A program made the translations under genes and the position numbers. The notes under the pieces are model-generated. The model saw nothing but the letters and a program-made list of their open reading frames with translations. It searched no databases and was not told the origin of the DNA. Positions 24,701 through 35,679 of a DNA stretch of 64,000 bases are shown one piece after another. Every line of letters starts with the position of its first letter. Within the stretch, counting starts at the first letter, position 1. The DNA is taken from positions 8,060,001 to 8,124,000 of the forward strand of contig OZ176053.1 in assembly GCA_964247055.1 (NCBI GenBank), written 5' to 3'. The DNA comes from Paragordius varius. Its lineage: Eukaryota; Animalia; Nematomorpha.

Positions 24701-27700
24701 AAAGATATTACACTATTCATTAGAAGGTAGGGATAATCAGTTACTAAATGTAAAAATTGATATTACTAGAAAAAACAAAAACTATATTATAATATGGCAT
24801 TTTCGGTCTGTAAAATCAATTTTAAAATGCCCATTGAAAAAAATATAAATTTAAATGTAACCTATAATAGATATGGTTGTTGTTTGAATGATCAGATCCC
24901 ATTTAAATACCGCATTAAGACTAGATTGTGAAACTTTTTCCCAAAGGTCAAAAAGACATTCAAGTGCCGAACGCAAAAGAATAGGATTGGATTTAACAAT
25001 TCCATACACTTGCTTGTAAAATATGGCTTTAAGAATTGCTCCTAAATATCATTGTATAAATTCAATTGTTTTGACAAATTATGATGGTTTACGGAACAGT
25101 TAATGTTTGTTTTGTACAAAATTTCGGAGTTGTATGTTAAAATATAATAACATTAAACTAAAAATATAAAGCGATATTGCACCCTATGTCAGGAGTAATC
25201 GCAAACTTATGATTTAAGCATATATCAGTAACACATAAATATTTATCAGGTATACCATATTTTATATTCACACTTTTATTAATATTTTATTTAATTAAAT
25301 GAGTTTAATCACTGAATACAGGTAAAGGACAAAGGTAAAATCATATTATACCTTCCTGACCGATAGATACTAAAAGCGTTCGTTTCACGACTCTCATAAT
25401 TTCCAAACATACATCAGTGTAATCTATCGATACATTGTTGGCATTACAATATGGTCTATCCATACTATCTTGTTGAGATTGTGACCATATTTGACTAGCT
25501 GCACTCGTTGAAGTTATAGGGAGATTATTATCAACATTATTATTTGTAGGATTTTTTATGGTCGTTTGAGATATTTGCTCAGACAAATTATCTATGGGTA
25601 TACGTAGGTGTTTTAACAACTCTGTGAATCCAAATAGTCCCAGCATTTTAACCATAACCTTACGTGAGAATATACATCGCCTAAGATGTACTAATAATGA
25701 TTCACGAATACCACAAACCGTGCCATGTAAAAACGGATCAATACAATGTATCATGGATAAAACATAGTGTTTTAAGAATGCCAATGAGGTATTTATATCA
25801 TTGACGTGTTGCGTAGCACTAGGCGATATCGGTGAGTTGTGTTTAACAGAAGGGTGTAAATTGGTGTATAAATTACCCATATCCATATTTTTCCATTTAT
25901 GTTCATGATGATTAAATGGATCCAACAAAATGGTTAGATGAGATTTAAGGGTGCATAAAAAATGACTGAATTCTCTCCTTTCCTCAAACGCCTTCCCTGT
26001 AATGATAACAAAATATTTTATGAAAACTGAGAAATTTTCAATTTTTTATATAATAAATGGTATATAAATCTAAAATCAATTCTTTAAGATGAAAATGTTA
26101 AAATGTATTTTTTTGGTAGTAGGCGTAAATTCAAAACTTATATTAAAATTTCAAATAAAAAACGAATTTAGGTAATACCTTCGGTGCTTGTGGCATCATC
26201 ATACAATGGAAGGGATTTTAATTGTGATATCTGGCTAACGGATGCATGCAAAGGGATATCCCCAATATGTCTTAAAATTCTTTCATAATGCTGACAAATG
26301 ATTTGGAAAACCTCTATGGGAAAAATATTTTATCATTAAAACAAAAAATAAATGAATAAACAAATTTATATTTGATAAATTTAATATTACCCATATACAC
26401 GGTTAGCGAGGATAAATTTTGCAGCTTTGAACATTGTAAAATAACTTCCAAGATTTTTTGTACAAACTTTATCTTGATTGAGTAATGAATTTTATTTTGG
26501 GGACCGAATATTCTCTATACAGAATGTAAAATATACAGTTGTCAAAAACTAAGTTATATAAAAGTACACATTAACTAATTAGTCTTTATATCATTGAACT
26601 GATTATTCAAAGTACAAGTTTTAGGATATTAAAAATTAAATTATTTAAAACGCCGATATTAAAAAAATTGATAGTATGGTTTGTGCAACTTACTTCAAAT
26701 ATACTGCTATAAAAAATTAAAAATTTATAAATCTAGGACAAGATGTATTTACTATGCAATCCTAATCATTAATTATAGCAAAAATTCTAAATGTATATAC
26801 CAATGTTAAATTCCTTAATATGGTGTAACCTATAGTTACCAATTTCGGTGCTTGAAATGTTGTCGTTAGCCATAAATTTTTTAAATGTTTGAGAGAGGAA
26901 ACATTCGTATTAATATTTGTAGTATGATTTGCATTTTTCATGCCACCATGCTCATCAATAAGATGACATGCAAATGCTGTGACATTGTTAATAATGTCGT
27001 ATTTGGTTAGGTCCAACCTATTAATAAATTATAGTGTGAGTATTTTTTATTAATATTTTTAAATAGCTTTTGCAGTACACAGTAACATCACATATTAATT
27101 AAGTATAAGAGTTTATACTGTAAAAACTATCAATAATTAAAAAAATGGTATTGAAACCGGTTTATAATTGTACCTCATAACCAGTAGCGTTTTTAAAACA
27201 AAGTGCGGTCCGTTTTTATACGAATGATACGCGCTTAATTAAATTTCAAATGTTTTTTTCCATTTTGATTATATAAAAAAATTGCAATTTTTATCACTAA
27301 AATATTTAAAAAGAAGCCGTTCACCTCCAACGTGAGCTAGGGTTTCAGCAAAAATAATTACCTTTTTATCAACGATTCAGTGTATGTTAGCATAGAGTAC
27401 GGGTCTAAAGAAAGCGGTGTGGGAAACATTTTAAGGGCAAATAGCTTGTAATATTCTGCCATCATTGTATATTTGTCCAAGAATTTGGTCAAAGAACTAA
27501 CTAACGTTTTAGAATGCTAATGGACAAAATGATATATTTTAAAATCGCAATGCAAATATATGATTAGTTGGGTATACCGAATCTGTTGTATCCAAAATGC
27601 ATAAATCAATTAAATACTGCCGTATGCAAATAGGAAAATATAATGCGGACAATTCCTAGAAATTACTAAATGGTAATACTTTATTAAATTTAACAAAGGA

Positions 27701-28368
27701 ATCGGAATCTATTATATTTACCAATGTCTTATAAACATTATAATAATCATCATTGACACTTAAAAAAAACATCCATTTATAAAGGGTCGTATAAAGATTC
27801 TTTTTTTGAACATAATGTTTTAATAACTGATTTGCATTTTCGATTTTATCTGCTACTGAGTGGTTGGAATTCAGTATTTTTAGTAAAATCTGATTTACAT
27901 CTAATTGCAATATTTCATTTTTAGCCATGTTAATTAGCAGGTGACTGTTAGCCCAACTTTTATTACATATATAACTATACTTAACAGTCAAATACAAATA
28001 ATTTATATCTTTACATAGATTGCTTCCATTTTTGTATTTATGCTCCTTGTATAATATAATTTTTTTAATCTTTAGGATCATTATACAAATCGAATTTAAA
28101 ATAAAAATTGCTGTAGAATTCGTAGTATCAGGCGTCCATATTATTTTATCCAATATATCCTCAATTAAATCAGCATAATACAATGAATTTAGATTGATTA
28201 ACTAAAAAATCAAAATATATTAAACCTGATTAAACAAATTTTGTAAATTATCGGAATTACAATTATCAGATTTATTTATGAGCTGAGAGATATAAGTTCT
28301 TAAATTAATAGATAATGTTTCAGAATCTATAATTAACCCATAAAATAACTAGTTGGGTCACAATCCAT
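15725..28368 (-). CDS. FANCI: Fanconi anemia complementation group I protein; many exons, ATG at 28368
   Basis: C-terminus HKIIPELIFRVEESEKNII...LKLGLARDF matches FANCI IPNLIFAIEQYEKFLI...KLSTSRDF. The middle IRESLLVHLRRCIFS...GFTELLK is followed by an SQ-rich cluster. 5' exons MDCDPT/NSETL...SDNLQNLFNQ/L are joined by 23- and 24-nt introns. Not every internal exon was traced. Confidence 0.9.
16781..17334. mobile_element. Inverted-repeat element (~90-bp TIRs) in a FANCI intron, carrying an 18S rRNA-derived core
   Basis: Left ttgggatcataattcagcaataa...tctttgtcaaacgtaaaaataaaat; right attttatttgtacgtttgacaagaag...ttattgctgaattataatcccaa. No convincing TSD. Confidence 0.75.
17006..17165 (-). 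pseudogene. Diverged fragment of cytosolic 18S rRNA (helices 17-18 / 530 loop to the start of V4)
   Basis: Minus strand reads TTTAACGAGGATCTATTGGAGGGCAAGACTGGTGCCAGCAGCCGCGGCAATTCCAGCTC...GTTAAAAAGCTCGTAG. It differs from the universal eukaryotic consensus at invariant positions (GCGGCAA for GCGGTAA; CAAGACTGG for CAAGTCTGG). No flanking rDNA. Confidence 0.93.
19506..19671. mobile_element. 166-bp near-palindromic MITE, Tc1/mariner-like (CAGT...ACTG, TA flank), in a FANCI intron
   Basis: cagtatgcattttaatggttgcctatttt...ctatagc...aacacaggagtgtatggaaa pairs with tttccatacactactgtgtt...gctatag...aaaataagcagccattaaaatgcatactg. Right flank is TA, left flank TG. Confidence 0.75.
22670..22860 (+). 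mobile_element. Short relic of an RTE-type LINE 3' end in a FANCI intron
   Basis: GC-enriched; frameshifted translation FSKPILLKNIIPG / RGTQKRGRPK / SR*LDIL resembles the RTE post-RT motif K.IL.G...G.R.RGRPK.RW.D.I. Confidence 0.5.
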
Positions 28369-28425
28369 TTCCAATAAATTTAAATTCCCCGGCTGTATGT
28401 TGCGCTACATTCATACAATCATCTT

Positions 28426-29463
28426 ATGACTTGGTTTAAATCCAATTTTGAATTGAGTTTGCCACAAAGGATTGGGTTATCGCTGTTAAAATTGGGACCG
28501 ATTCCGAAACATATAGCATTTATTATGGATGGTAATAGACGTTACGCGAGAATTAAAAATCTTTCTCGGCATTTGGGTCACGAGAAGGGCTTTGATGCGT
28601 TAACCAATGTAAATATTTCCATTATTTATGTGTTATAGATTTTACAGTGTTGCTTATACATGAATATAAAAGAAGTTACAGTGTATGCTTTTAGTCTTGA
28701 AAATCTCAAAAGAACCGATTCAGAAGTTAATGAACTCTTAAAGCTGGCTAAAGAAAAATTTTTCAAATTATTAGCGGAGAAGTATGCTTTTAAAAATTTA
28801 TATTAGGGACACGTTGCAAAAATATCAAATAAAAATTAACATTTGGGGAAATTTAAAATATGCCGATGATGAACTCTTACAAATTTTAAAAGAAATTGAA
28901 CAAGTCACAATATCACATAAAAGGTTCTAATTGTTATTATATTTTAGTGCAATACTAAATATATGTTTATTTTATACATCAACGGATGAATCTGTTCATG
29001 CTATTAATGGTATAATAGAAGATTTGAAAACCGGTGTTTTAGAGACAAGGTATTTAAATTTTTAACAAAAATAGTGATATCACGGAAAACATCATCGATA
29101 AGTATCTTTACAGTAAAAATTCTCATTCCATTGATCTCTTGATAAGAACTTCGGGCGAAACTCGCCTTAGCGATTTTTTATCATGGCAGGTTTATAATCA
29201 AATTTATTTAAAAATTTTATTGACGATTAAATTTAATATGTATAATTTTATTTTCAGATCACGTATTCTTGCATCTATTTTGTTAAAATTTTATGGCCAG
29301 AATTCTGTATTTGGCAATTATTTCAAGCTATCCTGTATTACCAATATAATTTTATAGCGATGAAAGTACATTTTTTGATGTTTACATAAATATTTAGAAG
29401 CTAAGAAAAATTACGAATGCGAATTTATCAATTAAACCTGATATAGTGAGCCCTCTGACATAA
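28426..29463 (+). CDS. DHDDS: Dehydrodolichyl diphosphate synthase catalytic subunit (cis-prenyltransferase), 7 exons
   Basis: [18 protein letters not shown]...GHEKGF...[12 protein letters not shown]...LNICLFYTS...[19 protein letters not shown]...LWPEF. Introns of 30, 25, 24, 25, ~70 and 32 nt, all in phase. Confidence 0.96.
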
Positions 29464-29863
29464 TGAAAAATTTATATTACTGCATAATCGTGATTAGCAA
29501 TATTTTATCATGCAAATATAAATTATTTTAATTATATAAATTGTTGTAAGAATATAGTAGATATGAAAAAAAATTTATCAAATATATATTTTACAATAAT
29601 ATATCATATACATATTGAATCAAAAAACATTAAACTCAAGAATTTTTGGGAAAACGTTTGTTAACTGGGGAAATGTTATTAATAATTGTATAAAATCAGT
29701 AAAATATTCTATATCTATAATAGCGCAACGATCACCTGAAAATTTTATGCAACAAATTATTAATATTATAATTTATTTATTTTAAATGCATCATTGATTG
29801 ATTAAAATATATATATATAATGATTGAATTGTGCCTTGGGTAAATTTTTTCTATCACAAATAT

Positions 29864-30689
29864 TTATTTATTATTGCCCCCTGGAATTTTTGGTATTTTG
29901 ACATTGTAATCGGATAAAAATTCTTTTACATCATCGGAAATAATATCTAAAAATTCATTTTTAGGCAAATCATCTATTATAGCGTTTTCTTTGCCTTTTA
30001 CATTAATTGCTGAGATGGCTAGAGAATTAAGTTTGTTTAAAAATTTGGATTGAGAAGCTTTTTTATTAGGATCATTCGGCATAATAAATTCATATAGTTT
30101 ATAATAATCTAAAATTTCTTTTAAAGTTTCGATTTCTAAATCATATTTCCTTGCTAAATATTTAAAGAAATAATCATCGCCTTCAAATATATATTTAACA
30201 TTTTCCGATATATGAATGTTGCTCATGATATCTTTTTTAGCTCGATTATATTCGGAATATGTGGTCAAAACTTTTAAAAGTTGTGTGATGGTTAAATTAC
30301 CGGGTGTTACATATTTTGGTTCAGTATAACCGTATTGTGACATTACAGATTCCCCATATTTTTGAGGTAAACGCTTAATAGATTGTGAAGCTATTTCTTT
30401 CGTTTTATTTTTATCCTATAATATATATGAAGGTTACAAAAAAAGGCGTATCTTTAATTTCAATTGTATTTACAGCATCAACTACATTTTGGTGCTTACT
30501 TTTAATATCATCAATTATTTTCTCATCTAATATTATTAAATTTAAACCTTGCTCATGTGAGTATTGTGGATCTTTGAAATGTGGAGATATATGATATTTC
30601 ACATCGCTTTTGTTAATAAACTTTAAGGCGCGCTCTGAAATGTTATAATATTGTTTGGGTCTTGATAAAAATGAATAAAGGGCCCCCAT
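29864..30689 (-). CDS. NDUFAF4: Complex I assembly factor 4 (UPF0240), 2 exons joined by a 22-nt intron (30416-30437); start could be 30698
   Basis: MGALYS...YNISERA.K.I...SP...RLPQ...PGNLTITQLLKVL...KYDLEIETLKEILDYY parallels MGA...FNLENRAEREI...PKGKISIVEALTLL...EYQLE..DV..LLKYF. Confidence 0.85.
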
Positions 30690-31386
30690 TCCATTCATTC
30701 ATTTATACATTATTTAAAGAGTAAGGATATTTAAAAATTTAAATATTCTCATATTTATTCTATAACAATTTGCAAGTATGTATAAAAATTTATTTTAGTT
30801 AATTTTTAGCTTATTTTGAATTTATTAAAATAATGGGGTTAGCATAAAACCTTAAAATCCTTTTAGATTTATACTAAAATTATTTTTTTATAAGAACACA
30901 CGATTTATAGCAAATATTATTTTTCATCCATCATCAATCTAATGTTATGTTAATATATTTTTAGCTTAGATTGATTATTTCTATATGTTAAAATAATATA
31001 TTATGTTGTAGATATGTATATATTATTGTAAGAAGGCGACATCATACTTTTAAGTTAATATCAAAACTGAATTAGTTCCCATCTAATTCTCCATAAGTTT
31101 ATTATCAAATTGTCCAAAAATACTTTATTTTTATTTAGTTTATATTAGTTTCGGAATGATAACCTATAGGACCTTTAAATAAATACCATAAAACAGTGGT
31201 ACTCACCAAAATATTTATGGGGCCAATTAAAATATTTTTTCGTATCGCACAAGCCTTATACTGACAAATATTGCGTAACTCTTTGAAATATTAGTAAAAA
31301 AATAAAATATTAAGGTTATAAAAAGCACTTCTAGATAATATCTATACTTTCCCGTATGCCTTTGTTCCCTTTTGTGATGATTAGAC

Positions 31387-31687
31387 CAGGGGTGTCCAAC
31401 ATAAATGGTTTTGCAGGTCGCATATTAATTCTAAACATCCGGCAGGCCGCATTTGAAAAATATATGGGCACAAAAATTTTTTTATAATTCAAACATAAGA
31501 TTATAAAAAATTATGAAAGATACTATTAATCTCATCAATTTTCGCATTGCACTACTTTGGGAAGACTCATTTAGAAAATTTATTTAAAAAAGTCATGGGG
31601 TTTATCAAAACTAATTTTCCAATTTTTTTGCGGGCTTCACAAAATATTTCGGATCGCCGCCCGCAAGTCGCCTGTTAGACACCCGTG
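31387..31687. mobile_element. Charlie/hAT-type MITE between NDUFAF4 and URI1
   Basis: TIRs CAGGGGTGTCCAAC / GTTAGACACCCGTG; 8-bp TSD gattagac / gattatac (7 of 8). Confidence 0.85.
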
Positions 31688-31812
31688 GATTATACGTTCG
31701 CTTTATTATTTTATGTTTAATCGTGAACTTTAACAAAAGTGGTATATATTTTTGTAGAGAGTCATTATAAACCAACGATACATAGTAGTCAAGATTAAAT
31801 CTTCTTGTTTAC

Positions 31813-32534
31813 ATGGAATTACTAAATGGTTATCGAGAGAAACTAAAAAATGTATGCCACAGATTCATAAAAGTTAGGCCATATCAGATTGTGAAAAATC
31901 GTTATGTGACGCAGACAATCTTTTTAAAACATATGAATCCCTGAAGGAATTTATCTTAACTACCCACCAAAGTTTGAAAATAAATGCAATGATCCCCATT
32001 AGCAATGTCTGTTTTATGCCGGGAAGTCTTACCAAAACGAATGAAATTACCATTTTGCTTGGTGACAATTATTTTGCTAAGGTCTCGACATTCGATGCCC
32101 AAAAAATAATTGACCATAGATTTGAAAGTTTTTATAATTTACTTAATGTGTTGTTAGTATTGCAAAAGCAGATTTCAGAGCTGACAAAGAAAAAAGAAAA
32201 TTACACTAAAAAATTGGAAAACTTTAATCAACTCTTTCCTTCTGATTATGTTGAAATACATGAACCCTACGATGAAGAACAGGATAAACAATGGAGACGT
32301 AAATGACCTTTCCAATATATATTTAGTTAAACATAAACAAAATATAAAAAATGCCATTGTTGAACAAAAAAATGTTAAAAGTCATAATGTATCGAAGGCT
32401 AACAAACAAGTCAAATGGAATATCGATGAGATAGAGACGTCGATGGACATTGTTGATACTTCACTCAATGTAGAATCACTTAGTTTGAATAAATCCGATA
32501 ATGTAGTAAATTTATTTTGTACTCTTGATTTTAT

Positions 32535-32571
<37 letters not shown>

Positions 32572-33241
32572 TTTCATAGTTATACAATTCAAATTGTATT
32601 AATAATTATAACTATAGCATAAAATCGGAATTTTAGCCAAATAATTATTATGGCCTTTCCTCAAAATAAAGAGATAACAAAGTTTATACTTTTTCTTTAT
32701 TGTGAAAGATATATATTGAAGCCATAAAAGCTTTAACGTTTCGCTGTGGGGCTTGGAGTTATTTGGCGAAATTTAACTGTTTCAGGATTAGAATTTTTAC
32801 ATACATAATTAAGAACATACATGAAATCTAACACGCCTTGGTCTTTTAAAAATTGGTTTTAGGTAAAATATTATATTTATAAATAATGTCTTTATAAACA
32901 TATTTTCTCCACCGTGAAAAATGTAATATGTGAAACCAAATTTTTTATAAATCTATACGGTAATTTTTGTAAATTAGGAATTTGAAATAACAAAAAAGCC
33001 CGAACCTTCAAAATCTATACTTAAAAAGACCAATATCAGTCAACTTGATCCAAATTCTACCATAATTCCGAAAGCTAAGGTACAATTCTCATTTAATATC
33101 AAGAAAGCCGAAATTGCCAAAATCGAAAATGTTATTGGAGACATTAAATTAAACGCTGCAACAAATACTCAAGATACCATTCCTACCAAAATGTCAAAGT
33201 TTAAAAGAGAAAGGGAAGAAAAACGTAATCGCAAAATATGA
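31813..33241 (+). CDS. URI1: Unconventional prefoldin RPB5 interactor, 5 exons
   Basis: MIPISNVCFMPGSLTKTNEITILLGDNYFAKVS..AQKIIDHR...EIHEPYDEE...KSILK...MSKFK matches URI (MVPFG..AFMPGKLVHTNEVTVLLGDNWFAK...SRFK). Introns of 26, 30, 28 nt and one long intron. Confidence 0.92.
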
Positions 33242-33332
33242 TATAACTTGTGTAATAAATATATGCAACATTATTTGTTAATTAAAATGAGAATTACTTT
33301 TCGAATGCGACAGAACGTATTTTTACTTATAA

Positions 33333-33620
33333 ATATGTATCGTGAGGTCGGAACAATTTCGTTTGTTAAAAATGAATTTTTGTTTAGACGCTCTTTTTTT
33401 AGATTGGTGCAGCTTGGTAGCCTTTAAAATAAAAAATATTAACAGTTTGCAAATCTCGTTCTTGAAAATTTGATTCGTGCTTTTTCATACACATATAATC
33501 TTTTAAAAGGGTTAATGATTATTGCTTCTTTATAGGTTATTAGATATTCACTTATGTGCCAATAGCAGTCTATCTGGTACTATTTCGTTGCCTACATTTC
33601 TATTTAACTGCAAATACAGG
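33333..33620. other. Unassigned cluster of candidate micro-exons; strand and identity uncertain
   Basis: On + an open frame is kept across 29-nt and 25-nt GT-AG gaps (TLFFLDWCSL/FANLVLENLIRAFSYTYNLLKG/LLDIHLCANSS...). An alternative minus-strand splicing is also possible. No family recognised. Confidence 0.3.
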
Positions 33621-33978
33621 GTTTTTAGACTACATATTAAACTGAATATGTTATTTTTATATTGATTCGTTTTAGCTTTTCCCTTGAGATATGTTAAATT
33701 AAACAATGTCAACAATAAAACAGATGAAATATATATATTTTGATAATATGTACCAAAATTTTAAGGTGCATTTTCATTTGGCAAATTAAGAGGGATTTGA
33801 GAAAGTTATTTACACTTTTGTGATAACTATTAGATATCAAAAAATGACAAAATTTGCGCATATTTTGTTATGTAAATTTTGAAGAAATTTAAATGCTTTA
33901 TTCTATATAATATTCCCAAAATATATCCTAAACTATATGTAAAAAGTAAAAGAATATTTTTATAATATTTTAATTTTT

Positions 33979-34596
33979 AGATGTGTACGAAACCAAATTT
34001 TTTGCTCTTCTAAACCGTGCCAGTTAACCGCAAAAACGCCACAATTTCACAATAAAATTTTTAAATATATGCTCAATTTTTACATAAAAAATGTTTTTAA
34101 AATGGATACTTTTGAAAATTCGATTTCTAACAAAATTTTGTTATAGCGTACTTCCTAATAATTTTAGGCATACAAACGGATAAAAACGCTATATGTTGTA
34201 AAACATTTTTCTATATACTTTAATTATTCTGAACATTTTTATCGCTTCATTAATTCAAAGGTGTGTTTACTTTTAAATTTTGGTGAATATTTATGTTTGA
34301 CAATTTGAAGAAAACAACTATTTAATCAAAATTCTGAGGTGCTAGATATGTTCGGCATCATTAAATTATAGAAAAGTGTTTTTATAAATCTAACTAATTT
34401 CATCGTTTTCATCATGCCTAAAAAAGAATGAAGTACGCTTTAACAAAATTTAAAATTTAATATTTGTAAAAGTCAAAAAATTTTGGATGTCAAAATTTAG
34501 CGTACAAAAATTTTACGCGCATCCCTGATTTTTACGTTAATTTAAAAGAACTAGCCCGTTTTAGAAGAGCAAAAAAATTTGGGATCGGGCCCATTT
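33979..34596. mobile_element. Second copy of the MITE family at 6578-7128
   Basis: TIRs agatgtg...aaattttttgctcttctaaac / gttttagaagagcaaaaaaatttggg; internal blocks shared with 6578-7128. Confidence 0.7.
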
Positions 34597-35679
34597 AAAA
34601 AGGAATTTTTTTGGAAATATTGTTTTGCTTTTTATAAATTGTTATTAATATATTTTACTGACATTTTTTGAAATGAAATTTGGTTTAATAAAAAAAATAT
34701 ATTACAAATGTGCTCACCAAGTGTATTCTTATATCACTCGTAAGCCCCAAAAGTGGGAACAATGTCTGATACTAACATTTTAAATAAAATATCTTTCAAA
34801 ACTGTAGGTTATTTAAAAAATTGAGCTCTAGGATACAACCTATTCCAAACATAAAATTGAAATGGTGATTATGTGTTAGGCCGAATTTTAAAATATGCTT
34901 TCTTTAGTCTTTTAGGCGCATGATACAAAAAATTCCTTTTAAAAAAAATTAAAATTTTTAAATAAATCACATCTCTAACTTTTGCCAATTTTTAAAGCAC
35001 TAAAGCTCATTCTACCAGCAAAAAGATATATTTCATTTTCTTATCTGTTGTTTGTTTCAATCGTGTTTTGTATGTCCCAATTTTAGTCTGGAAGTCACAA
35101 AACTTAAAATGTTTAAGCTTTATATACAGGAAAAAATGTTTTAATTAAATTTTAACTAAAATATTTTTCAAAACAGTATTTTATGGTGGAATTCTGGGAT
35201 ATAAAACCACCCCAATATGTCAGCGCGGACAAAAAACTGAACCGGTCATGAAGTATTATTAAGGTGTATCAAGAAAGGGGTGAAGCAGACCCACTGTCCA
35301 TGTCCCTTGCTGTCCTTCCATACACCAAATGGTGATTCAGTGACCGCCGTCTAGTTGCGCTGAGGGTGGGATTACGTCTAAGGATATAATTACTTTACGG
35401 ATATAGAGATGAATAAATGATGTTTACATTTTTTTTAAAGTATAAAAGTATACATATGTGATAAAAAATAAATGATTAGGTTGCCTAGCTATCTTAGGCT
35501 TGCAACTTAACCCAATACAAGAAATAACCTATTTGTGATTTAATATTAAACTTTGCCTTATGCAAGAGATAATAAGATTAAGTTTTATATTCTATATGTA
35601 ACCCTAAGCGCATATTAATATCTGTAAAGATAGCATAGTTGTTCAAGCGGTAAATAATGTCATTAGTGTGTTGATCATC

